This document shows positions 21,877 through 33,345 of a DNA stretch of 64,000 nucleotides, one piece after another. The stretch is from Nitrospirota bacterium (GTDB lineage Bacteria > Nitrospirota > Thermodesulfovibrionia > Thermodesulfovibrionales > UBA9159). The position numbers and the translations under genes were made by a program. Under the pieces are notes generated by a model. It worked only from the letters and a program-made list of their open reading frames with translations, was not told the DNA's origin and searched no databases. The stretch is from contig CAVOUE010000003.1 in assembly GCA_963699545.1 (NCBI GenBank), forward strand, positions 608,001 to 672,000, written 5' to 3'. Within the stretch, counting starts at the first letter, position 1. Each line of letters opens with the position of its first letter.

Positions 21877-22659
21877 GACTTCCGGACCTTCCGGAGAGGA
21901 CGCGGGGAAGAGCTTCTTCCCGTTTCTGTCAAAGAGGGGCGACCGTATCCCCATTCTGTGCAGCACGTACTTAAGAGAGGTGGAAAGGACCCCGAAGCCG
22001 TACTGTACGCTCCTCCTGAAATTTATGGAGGAAGCATCCTCAAAGTACTTGGTCGGGCAGCTAATCTCTCCTATGTTGAAGCCAAAAGCGATCGCCTGGG
22101 CGAGCATCTCATTATCGAAAACGAAGTCGTCTGAGTTCTCCTCAAGGGGGAGGGTTTCCAGAACGGTGCGGCTGAACGCCCTGTACCCCGTATGGTATTC
22201 CGACAGTTTTACGCCGAGCGCGAGGTTTTCGATGAGCGTAAGGAACCTGTTCGCTATATATTTGTAAACCGGCATGCCTCCCTTGAGTGCGTCGCCTCCC
22301 AGTATTCTTGAGCCGAGAACAACGTCATAGTGACCGGAGATGATCATGGATGCCATCGCGGCAACGAGCCGGGGTGAATACTGGTAGTCAGGATGGACCA
22401 TGACGACGATATCCGCCCCCAGCTTGAGCGCCTCGCGATAACACGTCTTCTGGTTTGCTCCGTATCCCATGTTCTTGCTGTGGACGATCGTCCTAATTTC
22501 GAGATCCCTGGCGATCCGTGCCGTGTGATCATGTGAGGCATCATCTACAAGGACCACATCATCGACGTATTCATGGGGCAATTCCTCATACGTCTGGCGG
22601 AGAGTCTTTTCAGCGTTGTACGCGGGCATTACCACGATAAGTCTTCTGCCGAGGATCAT
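21859..22659 (-). CDS. GT2 glycosyltransferase (DPM1-like)
   Basis: [37 protein letters not shown]. Confidence 0.9.
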   Translation of the reverse strand: MILGRRLIVVMPAYNAEKTLRQTYEELPHEYVDDVVLVDDASHDHTARIARDLEIRTIVHSKNMGYGANQKTCYREALKLGADIVVMVHPDYQYSPRLVAAMASMIISGHYDVVLGSRILGGDALKGGMPVYKYIANRFLTLIENLALGVKLSEYHTGYRAFSRTVLETLPLEENSDDFVFDNEMLAQAIAFGFNIGEISCPTKYFEDASSINFRRSVQYGFGVLSTSLKYVLHRMGIRSPLFDRNGKKLFPASSPEGPEVSNHKL

Positions 22660-23660
22660 GTGCCTCCCTTGACGCGGGACGGGTACTGTTTAACCGCATA
22701 TATCGTAACAGTCCCTCCCCGCTTCAAGACAGCAGATTCGAATGCGGACAGCGCAAGAGAAAACAGCACATACAAAGGGAGCAGGGCGAAGGTCAGAACG
22801 AGGTCACTCTTCTTCGCAGCCGCAAGGTTCCTCGACCGCATTTCAGGACTCTTCAGGAGATCATAAAAGAGGTTCTTCCTGATACCCGTGAGGTTCAACA
22901 GTGTCTGTAACCAGCCAAAGGGATTGTGTTCGAGATCAAATCTCCTTGTCTTCACAATCTCGAAAGAATTCTTCTTGAGCAGTTCTGATAGCCCCTTCTC
23001 GGAAAAGTGATAGAGGTGATAGGGGATATCAAGGTGAAACCAGACGCGTTTCCCTGCAGATGCCTGAAGGCTCGCTATGTTGGGAACCGCGATCACAAGG
23101 AGTCCGCCCGGCCTCAGTAATCTCCCGCATTCCGAAAGGACTCCTGAAGGATTTTGGACGTGTTCCAGGACATGAGTAATCGTGATGACGTCGAAGCTGT
23201 GATCATCGAACCCCCACTCCGCAGCGTCCCCTGTCTTCACATCGATCCCATGAACCTCTGAAGCATATGCCGCAGTCTCTCTGCTGAATTCGACCCCGCT
23301 CACCGTCCATCCATGCTCTCTCATCAGCGCCAGGAAAAGTCCCCTCCCACACCCGATGTCAAGGATCCGGCCCGGCCCGGCGTACCTCTCGATCTGTCTC
23401 CTTCTCCATCTCCTGAAGAGATAGACCACGAACTCCACAGGCGGATGAAAGCGCTTCCCGCTCAATACCCTGTAGTGTCCGGCTGCATATAATTTCGACA
23501 GCTCTTCCACCGATGGCCTCGGAACCGTGAGGCCGACCATGCACCCTTCACAAAGAAAGACCGTATAAGGTCCGCCCTGTCCGTCAACATCTTTTATGAG
23601 CTTTGTTGTTACAGGGTTATCGCAAAACACGCACACCTCTTCTCTATCGTTCCTCTTCAT
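22656..23660 (-). CDS. Class I SAM-dependent methyltransferase with N-terminal Cys cluster
   Basis: CxxC...Cxx[27 protein letters not shown]. Confidence 0.85.
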   Translation of the reverse strand: MKRNDREEVCVFCDNPVTTKLIKDVDGQGGPYTVFLCEGCMVGLTVPRPSVEELSKLYAAGHYRVLSGKRFHPPVEFVVYLFRRWRRRQIERYAGPGRILDIGCGRGLFLALMREHGWTVSGVEFSRETAAYASEVHGIDVKTGDAAEWGFDDHSFDVITITHVLEHVQNPSGVLSECGRLLRPGGLLVIAVPNIASLQASAGKRVWFHLDIPYHLYHFSEKGLSELLKKNSFEIVKTRRFDLEHNPFGWLQTLLNLTGIRKNLFYDLLKSPEMRSRNLAAAKKSDLVLTFALLPLYVLFSLALSAFESAVLKRGGTVTIYAVKQYPSRVKGGT

Positions 23661-23771
23661 CTCATCTGTCGCGGATAGCGGTCTGTGAGCAAAGCCTTTC
23701 CCGGCGCCACGGTCAGCCGACAGTAAAGCTCAGGGGCGCTTTCTCTTATCTGAGCACCCCGCCATAGATAC

Positions 23772-24752
23772 TCATTCGCCCTTGTCTGACGGCTGCCGCG
23801 TCTGTGCACCATTTATCTCGTTTTCAATAATGATAAGCGGTCGTTTCTTAACCTGCTTATAAATGCGTCCCAGATATTCGCCCACTATTCCCAGAAAAAG
23901 AGCATTGAGACTTATGGACAGGAGTATAAGAATTGTGGTCGTTGCAAAACCGGCCGGCCACGCCTGCCCGAACAGCAGCTTTCCCGCCAGGTAGACGACA
24001 AGACCGGCGAACGTCAGCACAGATATTGACAGGCCGGTAAACGTCGCGATCCGCAGTGGGACAATGGAATGGTTGAGGAGTCCATCCACCGCCAGGCCAA
24101 GCAGGTCTCGAAGTGGAAATTTGCTCTTCCCACGGACCCTTTCTGTACGGTCATAGGGGATGCCGGTCTGATTAAAGCCCATTGAAGCGATCGTTCCACG
24201 CAAATATGGCTGGTAGTCGTCGATCTTCCGGAGTTCATCCAGGACTCTTCGGTCCACGAGCCTGAAGTCTCCTGCGTCAAGGGGGAGGCGGTCTTCACTC
24301 AACCGATCTATTATCCGGTAGAACGCTTTGCGGAGCGCGCCCATCCAACCCGCTTCCGTTCTTGAACGGCGAATCCCGTATACAACCTGATACCCCTCCT
24401 CCCAGCGTTTTATGAATTCAGGGATCAGCGCGGGAGGGTCCTGCAGATCACAATCAAGCTGAACGGCCGCATCACCCTGTGCCTTGACATATCCTGTGTA
24501 GATGGACCGCTGGAATCCGAAATTACGCGAGAAGCGGTAGATCCGGATCCTGGAGTCCGCAAGGGCCAGGCTTTTCAGCCTCTCGAACGTTCCGTCCGTG
24601 CTGTGATTATCCGTAAAGATAAGTTCGTAATCGTATCGATCAGCAAGACATGACATGACTCTGCTCACCGCGGAATACAAGGGGTCCACATTGTCTTCTT
24701 CGTTGAACACCGGCACAACGATCGAGAGCAGTCGCTTCTTTGTCTCAGCCAT
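23772..24752 (-). CDS. GT2 bactoprenol glycosyltransferase (GtrB-like)
   Basis: VVPVFNEE, SRNFG, DCDLQDPP, AGDFRL, GEYLGRIY. Confidence 0.9.
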   Translation of the reverse strand: MAETKKRLLSIVVPVFNEEDNVDPLYSAVSRVMSCLADRYDYELIFTDNHSTDGTFERLKSLALADSRIRIYRFSRNFGFQRSIYTGYVKAQGDAAVQLDCDLQDPPALIPEFIKRWEEGYQVVYGIRRSRTEAGWMGALRKAFYRIIDRLSEDRLPLDAGDFRLVDRRVLDELRKIDDYQPYLRGTIASMGFNQTGIPYDRTERVRGKSKFPLRDLLGLAVDGLLNHSIVPLRIATFTGLSISVLTFAGLVVYLAGKLLFGQAWPAGFATTTILILLSISLNALFLGIVGEYLGRIYKQVKKRPLIIIENEINGAQTRQPSDKGE

Positions 24753-25452
24753 CTTTTCTCGCCACCACTGCGTACTGGGCGCCTAAAGGAACCCGATACA
24801 GAAAAGGTTCAAAACGGCGGAACCAGGACAGCATGCGCGGAAAAAAGACGATATAGTCACGCCTCACGAGGCGAAGCCCTGATCGAACGAGATCCGCCTC
24901 TGCTTCTTCAGGCGCAAGCAAGACAGCGTCCCGATCCAGGGGGCAGCGATCCACAACCCATCGGGTCAGAGGATTTAAAGGATTATGTTCAAGCATGATC
25001 AGCCAGCCTCCTGTCGAAAGTCGATCCCGCAATTCAACGGCTGTTTTCAGACGGTTCTCCAAGGGAATATGATGCATAACGTTGGAGATAATAATCAAGG
25101 CGTAATCGTTGTCGAGCTGAGAGCTGTCCGCCGTAAAAAGACCCTGCGACGAGAGATCCGCGCTGATCATCCCGATACTTTCCTTCGAGATGTCGTAGCC
25201 ATGAATCATCGCTCTGGAAAGATACGTTCTCAACGAGGATGAAAGCATCCCGATGCCACAACCGAAATCGAGAAGTTTTCCGGCAAAGTCCGGCGATACG
25301 ATCTTTGAAATATACTGTGCCTTATATGCCGAGAAATATTCGGACTTCTCACCAGAAATCCTGACGCCTTTATCCAGCGTTTCCCTGTATTCTCTGGAAA
25401 ACCTGTCAAACTGTTCCACAGTTCCTCTATCAGTCGCCGTTCCGGGCGGCAC
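24745..25452 (-). CDS. Class I SAM-dependent methyltransferase
   Basis: LLDFGCGIG, VMHHIP, EHNPLNPLTR, PLGAQY. Confidence 0.85.
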   Translation of the reverse strand: MPPGTATDRGTVEQFDRFSREYRETLDKGVRISGEKSEYFSAYKAQYISKIVSPDFAGKLLDFGCGIGMLSSSLRTYLSRAMIHGYDISKESIGMISADLSSQGLFTADSSQLDNDYALIIISNVMHHIPLENRLKTAVELRDRLSTGGWLIMLEHNPLNPLTRWVVDRCPLDRDAVLLAPEEAEADLVRSGLRLVRRDYIVFFPRMLSWFRRFEPFLYRVPLGAQYAVVARKDG

Positions 25453-26374
25453 GTATCATTCTCCCGATTCCTTCGGAAAGGCTCACCCCGGGGCTCCATC
25501 CCGTGGCCTCAACAAACCTCCGGTTGTCTCCAACCATCCACATGGGCTCATCAGGGCGGTACGGTCTCTTCCCCCACTGGAGCAGTTGAGGCGGTTTGTC
25601 CATAGCCTTTGCAACGGTCTCTCCGACATCCCGTACGCTCACCGGCATGCCGGAACAAACATTATATATGCCGGGACGCTCCCGGTGATCGCCGCTGTTT
25701 GCTGCCCTCAGGAATGCCTCAACGACATCATCAATATACAGGTAGTCTCTGACCTGCTCCCCGGGCGTAACATCGACGGGTTCGTCGCGCCGCAGGTGGT
25801 CGATGATGTAAGGCATTAGCCTTCGGGGACCTTCGCCGATCCCGTAAACTCCAAACAGTCTCAATGTCACAAAAGGGATGTTGAACCGGGCGGACAAGGC
25901 GCTGCCGTAAAGTACGGACGCTGCCTTAGCGGCTCCGTAGAGAGAAATCGGATGAAGGGGGTGCTGCTCCGTGAGCGGTTCACGACCCATGGGCAGACCA
26001 TATTCAGAGCAGCTCCCTGCATGAACAAACTGTCGTATCTTCCACTGTCGGATCGCAAGCAGCAGATTCATGACAAGATTCACGTTACCCTCAAGCATGA
26101 TCTCGGGATCGGAATCCTCCTGACTGACGCCGGAGGCAGCGAGATTAAATACTACGTCAGCGATCGTTCCGGTCAATGCCTTCTGCAGCTCTGAGGTCCG
26201 AAAGGATTGGACTTCGATCAGCTCCACTTCCGGGAGCGGCCCCAAGCGCTCCGCGTTGCTTTGCCTTCTCACGAGGCAAGAAACCTTAATGCCTTCTTCA
26301 GCCAACCGTCGGGTCAGCGCCGATCCGATAAATCCTGTAGCGCCTGTGACAAGAGCCGATGTAAAAGCGATCAT
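25430..26374 (-). CDS. NAD-dependent epimerase/reductase (CDP-sugar synthase-like)
   Basis: VTGATGFIG, GSCSEYG, YGAAK. ATG 26374 overlaps the rfbG stop. Confidence 0.85.
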   Translation of the reverse strand: MIAFTSALVTGATGFIGSALTRRLAEEGIKVSCLVRRQSNAERLGPLPEVELIEVQSFRTSELQKALTGTIADVVFNLAASGVSQEDSDPEIMLEGNVNLVMNLLLAIRQWKIRQFVHAGSCSEYGLPMGREPLTEQHPLHPISLYGAAKAASVLYGSALSARFNIPFVTLRLFGVYGIGEGPRRLMPYIIDHLRRDEPVDVTPGEQVRDYLYIDDVVEAFLRAANSGDHRERPGIYNVCSGMPVSVRDVGETVAKAMDKPPQLLQWGKRPYRPDEPMWMVGDNRRFVEATGWSPGVSLSEGIGRMIRAARNGD

Positions 26375-27445
26375 CGGGAAAGCAGTTCCCTGTACTGTTG
26401 AATCTGCCCTTCCATCAGCTTGCCTGATACTGTTTTGTCTTCCATACACTCTCTATACCATTTGACCGTCAAATCAAGGGCTTTCTCGATATCCAGCAGA
26501 GGTCGCCAGCCAAGCCGCGCACGAGCCTTGCTGCAGTCCAGCCTGAGATACCGGGCTTCGTGCTGCTCACTCCCGGACCCCTGGATCTTCACTTCGCCTG
26601 ATCTCCAGATGTGGATTATTCTCTCTGCCAGCTCACGAACGGACAGCATGTCTTCCTCGGACGGTCCGAAGTTCCACGCTTCTGCGAACGTATCCCCCTG
26701 CCGCCAAAGCCTTTCTCCCAGCAGAAGGTATCCTCCAAGCGGTTCAAGAACGTGTTGCCATGGCCTCACCGCACCCGGATTTCTGAGGATCACAGGCACT
26801 CCTGATGCAATTGCCCGGACTATATCAGGGACGAGCCTGTCCTCGGCCCAATCCCCCCCTCCGATCACGTTTCCCGCCCGGGCAGAGGCAACCGACACCC
26901 GGTCGTTTCCCCTGAAGAAAGAGTTCCTGTATGCCGAGATCACAAGCTCAGCGCAGCCCTTGCTGGAACTGTAAGGATCATATCCCCCCATGGGATCAAT
27001 TTCACGATATCCATAGAACCATTCCCGATTCTCGTAACACTTATCGCTCGTTATCATCACTGCAGTGCGGACGGAAGGGGTTTGTCTTACTGACTCGAGA
27101 ACGTTCACCGTGCCCATGGTGTTTGTCTCAAATGTCTGCACCGGTTCGGTGTATGAACGTCTTACCAGCGACTGTGCCGCCAGATGGAACACGACCTCGG
27201 GCTCATATGTCTTAAACGCTGACAGGAGTGAGGGGATGATCCCTGATATCCCCAAAGAGCGAAACCATACCCTGCTCTACGGAGGCGGATTCAAAGAGGT
27301 TCGGTCTGCCTTTTTCAGGCGGAAGGGAAAAACCGACAACACGGGCACCGAGCATCTTTAACCATGTGGAAAGCCAGCTGCCCTTGAAGCCTGTGTGGCC
27401 GGTGACCAGAACCTTCTTCCCATGGTACAACGTATCAAACGACAT
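26371..27445 (-). pseudogene. rfbG: CDP-glucose 4,6-dehydratase, one frameshift near 27235 (probably a sequencing indel)
   Basis: N-part VTGHTGFKGSWL (27212-27445). C-part FHLAAQSLVR, SDKCYEN, DPYSSSK, RPWQHVLEP. Confidence 0.88.
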
Positions 27446-27448
27446 GAT

Positions 27449-28222
27449 CTACCATATTTTCCAGGGTGCCCTGCCGTCTGCCCAGAGCGACTCGAGAAGT
27501 TGTTTTTCACGCAGGGTATCCATGGGCTGCCAGAAGCCGGGATGCAGAAAAGCCATGAGCTGGCCGTCACGTGCCAGGCGTTCCAGCGGTTCACGTTCAA
27601 GACTGGTTTGGTCACCGGCGATGTAGTCCAGTACACCCGGTTCAAACACAAAGAAGCCTCCGTTTATCCAGCCCTCACCGGTTTGGGGCTTTTCGGTGAA
27701 CTCCCGCACTCTGTCTCCCTCAAGCACCAACCCGCCAAAACGTGCAGGGGGCCGGACCGCTGTCACTGTGGCCAGCTTCCCATGCCCCCGATGGAAGTCA
27801 ACAAGGGCCTTGATATTCACATCCGCAACCCCGTCACCGTACGTTACCATAAACGTCTCCTCCGCGAGCGCGCCCTTCTTCTTAAGATTGAGGAGTCGCC
27901 CTCCAGTCATCGTATTCAAACCCGTATCAATCATCTCGATACTCATGTCGGGGGTTTCAGAAGTGATCACCGTGCAGGCGCCGTTCCTTAAGGAGATCAC
28001 AAGGTCACTTTCATGAAGGAAATAATTGCGGAAGTATTCTTTGATCATTGCTCCCTTGTACCCGCAGGCCACGACAAAGTGATTGTAGCCGTGACTCGCA
28101 TACATGTTCATGATATGCCAGATTATGGGCCTGCCGCCAATTTCTATCATGGGCTTTGGTCTCAATAGTGTCTCTTCAGACAACCGTGTGCCAAATCCCC
28201 CTGCCAAGATCACCGCCTTCAT
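27449..28222 (-). CDS. rfbF: Glucose-1-phosphate cytidylyltransferase
   Basis: ILAGGFGTRLSEET..RPKPM, TGGRL, WINGGFF, FWQPMDTLRE, APWKIW. Confidence 0.95.
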   Translation of the reverse strand: MKAVILAGGFGTRLSEETLLRPKPMIEIGGRPIIWHIMNMYASHGYNHFVVACGYKGAMIKEYFRNYFLHESDLVISLRNGACTVITSETPDMSIEMIDTGLNTMTGGRLLNLKKKGALAEETFMVTYGDGVADVNIKALVDFHRGHGKLATVTAVRPPARFGGLVLEGDRVREFTEKPQTGEGWINGGFFVFEPGVLDYIAGDQTSLEREPLERLARDGQLMAFLHPGFWQPMDTLREKQLLESLWADGRAPWKIW

Positions 28223-28371
28223 AAGAATTCCCCCGGCACTTCATTCATAGCGATATAATGTAACATAGTTTTGCTTGTAAGTGAAAGAAAAGGACATGCA
28301 GAAGCATGGACAAATATCAATACATTACAGGGAGTTATCATCTGTCGTGACTGTCAGAGGATCTGATTCTC

Positions 28372-28866
28372 TTAGAGGGATCTGATATCTGTTTTCTTGC
28401 CGCTGCGGATCTGCTGATGTTCAAAGAGGGTCTTCACCTCGTCCATGAGGTCGTTAAGGTCCCTGAACTGTCTGTATACCGAGGCGAATCTGACATATGC
28501 AACCTTGTCAGTTTCCTTGAGGCTGGACATGACCTCCTCGCCTACCCATGTGCTTGCTATTTCTTTCACCCCCATGCTGGCGAGTTTCTTTTCTATGGAG
28601 TCCACAATGCCGTCAAGGAGATCAACACTGATCGGCCTCTTTTCGCACGCTTTTTTCAGACCATGGAGTATCTTCGCCCTATCGAAGGATTCGCGCCTTC
28701 CATCTTTCTTGACGACCATGGGGATCACGTCGTCAACGCGCTCATAGGACGTGAATCGCTTGCCGCACTTCAGGCACTCCCGTCTTCTGCGGATCGCCTC
28801 TCCCTCTTTGCTCGTACGGGAATCGATGACCCTGTCCTCGAGATTTCCGCAGAACGGGCACTTCAT
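28372..28866 (-). CDS. nrdR: Transcriptional repressor NrdR
   Basis: MKCPFC..RVIDSR..IRRRRECxxC, ATP cone, DKVAYVRFASVY. Confidence 0.97.
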   Translation of the reverse strand: MKCPFCGNLEDRVIDSRTSKEGEAIRRRRECLKCGKRFTSYERVDDVIPMVVKKDGRRESFDRAKILHGLKKACEKRPISVDLLDGIVDSIEKKLASMGVKEIASTWVGEEVMSSLKETDKVAYVRFASVYRQFRDLNDLMDEVKTLFEHQQIRSGKKTDIRSL

Positions 28867-30101
28867 CAGTAAATGGGAAAACGCTGGCAGAGGGTTTTTA
28901 CGCGCTGGGCAAGGTGGCTCATCTCATTCGGGTTCTTACAGTTCTTCAGCACCTTCTCTATAATGTCCGCTATTTCAACCATTTCTTCTTCTCCCATGCC
29001 TCTTGTGGTGACGCACGGGAGTCCCGAGCCTGATCCCGCTGGTGACAGCAGGCGGTCTTGAATCATAGGGGATGGTGTTCTTATTAACGGTTATGCCTGC
29101 ACTGTCGAGGGCCTCTTCAGCCTCTTTCCCCGTAACAGGGGAATCCGAGAGATCAACGAGCATCAAGTGGTTGTCGGTTCCACCGGAGATGATCCTGAAT
29201 CCTCTCTTTATCAGTTCCTGCGCAAGCCTTTTTGCGTTTCTTACCACCCGTTCCTGGTAGATCTTGAAATCCTTGCCTAATGCTTCTTTCAGGGCAACCG
29301 CCTTAGCGGCAATGACATGGACCAGGGGCCCTCCCTGTATTCCGGGAAAGATCATCTTGTCGATGGCCTTTCCATGTTCGGCCTTGCACATGATCATGCC
29401 GCCCCTCGGGCCCCTGAGGGTCTTGTGGGTTGTGGTCGTAACAAAATCGGCGTAGGGAACAGGTGAAGGATGTAGCCCCGTTGCGATAAGTCCGGCGATG
29501 TGTGCGATATCAGCCATGAAGAAGGCCCGGCCTCTTTTGCGATATCGGAGAATGCCCTGAAGTCCAGGACCCTCGAATAAGCGCTTGCACCTGCGATGAT
29601 CATCTGCGGCTTGTGCTCCAGGGCGATCTTCCTCAGCCCCATCATAGTCGATATAGCCGGTATTCCTGTCCACGCCGTAGGAAATGCTCCTGAAGAGAAG
29701 GCCGGAGAAATTCACTGAAGCGCCGTGGGAGAGGTGCCCGCCTTGGTTGAGGCTCATGCCCGAGAATAGTATCTCCCGGGCCTCAGAAACGAGAAATAGA
29801 CCGCCATATTCGCCTGGGACCCTGAATGGGGCTGCACATTGACGTGCTCAGATCCAAAGAGTTCCTGGCCCGCTTTATCGCAAGGATTTCGACCTCATCC
29901 GCGTATTCGCACCCGCCGTAATAGCGTCTGCCCGGGATATCCTTCGGCATATTTGTTCGTAAAAATAGAGCCCTGCGCCTCAAGGACCGCATTGCTCACG
30001 TAGTTTTCGGACGCGATGAGTACGATCTTCTCTCTTTCCCTCTGCATTTCCTGCTGAAGAGAGCCATACACCTCCGGGTCAGCAGCTTTGAGATGTTCCA
30101 T
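28866..30101 (-). pseudogene. glyA: Serine hydroxymethyltransferase with multiple frameshifts (likely assembly errors)
   Basis: [44 protein letters not shown] and CQRFPIY are spread over several frames. Confidence 0.9.
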
Positions 30102-30556
30102 ATCCCGATCCCTTCACTTTACTCTCTATGCGGAGTATCTTGTCCAGCCTGTTCACATGCCTTCCGGCTTCAAAAGGTGTGGTGAACCACACCCGTACTA
30201 TCTCTTTTGCAAGGTCTTTCCCCACGATCCTGCCCCCGATCACCAGAACATTCGCATCGTTGTGCAGCCTGCTCATCTTTGGCGGTGAACAGGTCATTGC
30301 AGAGAGAGGCCCGTATACCGGGGAATTTGTTGGCCACAATGGACATTCCTATTCCGGTGCCGCAGATGAGAATTCCCCTGTCCATGCCTCCAGAACTGAC
30401 AGCACTGGAGACCTTCTCCCCGAAATCAGGATAGTCCACCGATTTAGGGACGTCGGTACCATAGTCGACGCAGTCAAATCCCATATCTTTAAGGAGGGAG
30501 ATAAGTTCCAACTTGAGTTCCAAGCCGGCATGATCACAACCGATTCCAATCTTCAT
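30079..30556 (-). pseudogene. rpiB: Ribose-5-phosphate isomerase B, one frameshift near 30280
   Basis: GCDHAG, SVDYPD and CGTGIGMSIVANK in one frame. SRLHNDANVL..GRH..R in another. Confidence 0.9.
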
Positions 30557-30690
30557 TCTCACCTCAGCTACTTATCTTAGCCGAGGAATTCTGCCTAAGT
30601 CAAGGAAGCAAAAAACAGGGTACAGAGCGAATCCCGGGCAGGCATGAGCATCCTGAAAGACACGGTCCTGCTGCAGCAGTCCGACCGCTT

Positions 30691-33318
30691 ATGGTATTCT
30701 TAGATATGAATTTGTGCCGTTTTGAGAAACCGAGCAGATATATCAATCGGGAGCTGAACTCCATTCACAAGAATGCTGAGGTCAGGGTCGCCCTTGCATT
30801 TCCTGACATCTACGATGTGGGAATGTCCCACCTTGGCCTGAGAATACTCTACGGGATCATAAATGACCTGCCCTTTGCCGCTGCGGAAAGGGTCTTTTCC
30901 CCATGGCTTGATATGGAAGCTGAGATGAAGGCTCGGGGGATTCCCCTGGTGTCTCTCGAAACGAAAAGACCGGTAAGGGACTTCGACATCGTGGGCTTCA
31001 GCCTCCAGTATGAGCTCTCCTATACCACGGTCCTTAACATGCTCTCTCTTGCCGGAATACCGTTGAGGTCCGAGGCCAGGGGTGAGAAATATCCTTTGAT
31101 CATTGCCGGGGGGCCGTGCACAGTGAACCCCATACCCATGTCCCCCTTCGTGGATGCCTTTCTCATTGGCGATGGGGAAGACGCCGTCCGGGATATCCTG
31201 GGAACTTTCTATGAATGGAGGACGGAGGGTGACGGCAGGAGAGAGTCTCTCCTGAGAGGGCTTTCGGAAATAGAAGGGATCTATGTTCCGGGTATCCACA
31301 GAAATCCCCCTGCATCCCGCGATAAATTTCCCCATTCCTCCTTTGCCAACGAGGGGAGTAAAGCGGGATTCGTAAGGAGACGCTACCGGGAATTTCTTGA
31401 CGATGCGCCGTATCCGGTTGCGCCTGTGGTCCCCTACACGTCCATAGTCCATGACAGGATCACCATCGAGCTTTCCAGAGGCTGTAGCATGGGGTGCAGG
31501 TTCTGTCAGGCCGGCATGATCTACCGGCCATTGCGCGAGCGAAGCCCTGAAAGGGTTTTGCGGATTGCGGAGGATTCCCTGAAAAATACGGGGCACGAAG
31601 AGATATCCCTCACCTCTCTCTCCGCCGGGGATTACAGCTGCCTTTTGCCGCTGGTGAAGGAGATGAACAGGAGGTTCTCCCGAAAGGTTGTCTCTCTTTC
31701 CCTCCCGTCCCTGCGGGTCGCCGCGGTGGACAGGGATGTGCTGCGTGAGATAAAGACGGTGAGAAGAACGGGGTTCACCATGGCTCCCGAGGCTGCCACC
31801 CCGAGGCTCAGGGGCGTGATCAACAAGGACTTTGGCGATGAGGACTACGAGCGGGCGCTGCACGCCCTCTTTGCAGAAGGCTGGGAAAGCATCAAGCTCT
31901 ATTTCATGGTGGGCCTGCCGACTGAAACGGATGAGGATGTGGAGGCGATCCCTGAAATGGCGCTCAGGGCCATAAAGACCGCAAAGAAGTATTCCCGAAG
32001 ATACGTGAATGTGAACGTCGGCATATCTCCCTTTGTGCCGAAATCTCACACCCCGATGCAGTGGTGTGGACAGGAAGATATGGAGACGATCAGGGCGAGA
32101 ATGGGGTATCTGAGGCAAAGGCTCTCGAAGAAGAGGATGAATTTTAAGGGGCATAACATGAATATGAGCCTCCTTGAAGCGGTCCTGTCCAGGGGAGACG
32201 ATTCGCTGGCAGCCCTGCTCGAAAAGGCCTGGTCGCGGGGTTGCAGGCTTGATGCCTGGACCGAGTCCTTTGATTTTGAAAAATGGCGTTCTGCTGCGGA
32301 GGATGCGGGCATTGACCTCCATGCATGCGCAAGACGGCGGTTTGAGAAAGACGATGCCCTTCCCTGGAGCGGGATCGATATCGGCGTGAACAAGGGGTTC
32401 TTATGGAAAGAGCATAACCAGGCCCTGCAGGGAGAGATAACCACCGATTGCAGGAAGAAATGTTCCGGATGCGGGCTAAAATGTGAAGAAATGCAAAGGA
32501 ACGGAAGCGCCGAAGTACACGAGGGTGGAGACGCTGCAGAAGGTTCAGCAGCTTCCGGACCTTTGCACCCCCGGACCCCTGTTGCCCGCAGTTCAGTGCC
32601 TGTTCGTTCCGTCCTGATGAGGTTCCGGTTTTCAAAGATAGGGGAGTTGAGATACCTTTCGCACAGGGAGCTGATGACCGTAGTTGCCCGTGCCGTGAGG
32701 AGGGCTGAGGTCCCCGTGCTCTATTCCCGGGGTTTTCATCCCTCGCCCAGGATATCCTTCGGGCCACCCCTCAACGTGGGTGTCAGCGGTCTTAGAGAAT
32801 ACTTCGATATGGAACTTCAGCCCGTCGGCGTGCCTGCGAATCTTGCCGAGACTCTCAACGGCGTACTCCCCAGGGGGGTGGAGATCAAACATGCAGGGAT
32901 GATACGTGCCGATGAACCATCCCTTCAGAGCTTTATATCGAGATACGAATATGAGATAATATGTCCTGACGCCGGGGCAACAGAGGAATTTCTTTCGGCG
33001 GACGTTTTTGTGGTCAACAGGGAGAACGCAGATGGCATGAACACTGCGGTGGATATAAGGGGAATGGTTGAAGACGCTGGTATCGTTGATATGAATACGG
33101 TGAAGATCACCCTCCTGGACAGAGGAGAGAAAAAGGCGAGGCTCGGCGAGGTCCTCCCTGCGCTGTTCGGTTTGCCGGTGGAAGAACTGGGGATAACCCG
33201 ACTGGCCATGTTCGGGTGGCGTGCGGGATGGGTGGAGCCCCTCTCCTCTGCAGATGATGGGACAGGTGCGGAGAAACGGACAATGAACACCGAACAGGCA
33301 GTCTCAGAATTGTCATAG
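30691..33318 (+). CDS. TIGR03960-type B12-binding radical SAM protein fused to a TIGR03936-type (DUF2344) domain
   Basis: PDIYDVGMSHLG, CSMGCRFC, YFMVGLPTET. C-terminal RYLSHRE..YSRGFHPSPRISFG. Located upstream of rng, the usual context. Confidence 0.88.
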   Translation: MVFLDMNLCRFEKPSRYINRELNSIHKNAEVRVALAFPDIYDVGMSHLGLRILYGIINDLPFAAAERVFSPWLDMEAEMKARGIPLVSLETKRPVRDFDIVGFSLQYELSYTTVLNMLSLAGIPLRSEARGEKYPLIIAGGPCTVNPIPMSPFVDAFLIGDGEDAVRDILGTFYEWRTEGDGRRESLLRGLSEIEGIYVPGIHRNPPASRDKFPHSSFANEGSKAGFVRRRYREFLDDAPYPVAPVVPYTSIVHDRITIELSRGCSMGCRFCQAGMIYRPLRERSPERVLRIAEDSLKNTGHEEISLTSLSAGDYSCLLPLVKEMNRRFSRKVVSLSLPSLRVAAVDRDVLREIKTVRRTGFTMAPEAATPRLRGVINKDFGDEDYERALHALFAEGWESIKLYFMVGLPTETDEDVEAIPEMALRAIKTAKKYSRRYVNVNVGISPFVPKSHTPMQWCGQEDMETIRARMGYLRQRLSKKRMNFKGHNMNMSLLEAVLSRGDDSLAALLEKAWSRGCRLDAWTESFDFEKWRSAAEDAGIDLHACARRRFEKDDALPWSGIDIGVNKGFLWKEHNQALQGEITTDCRKKCSGCGLKCEEMQRNGSAEVHEGGDAAEGSAASGPLHPRTPVARSSVPVRSVLMRFRFSKIGELRYLSHRELMTVVARAVRRAEVPVLYSRGFHPSPRISFGPPLNVGVSGLREYFDMELQPVGVPANLAETLNGVLPRGVEIKHAGMIRADEPSLQSFISRYEYEIICPDAGATEEFLSADVFVVNRENADGMNTAVDIRGMVEDAGIVDMNTVKITLLDRGEKKARLGEVLPALFGLPVEELGITRLAMFGWRAGWVEPLSSADDGTGAEKRTMNTEQAVSELS

Positions 33319-33345
33319 AGATGCGAATGAGAGAGGGAAAAGAAT

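Noticed and set aside
28866-30101. Programmed frameshifting or true loss of glyA
   Set aside because: Several scattered shifts in an otherwise conserved housekeeping gene are better explained by assembly error.
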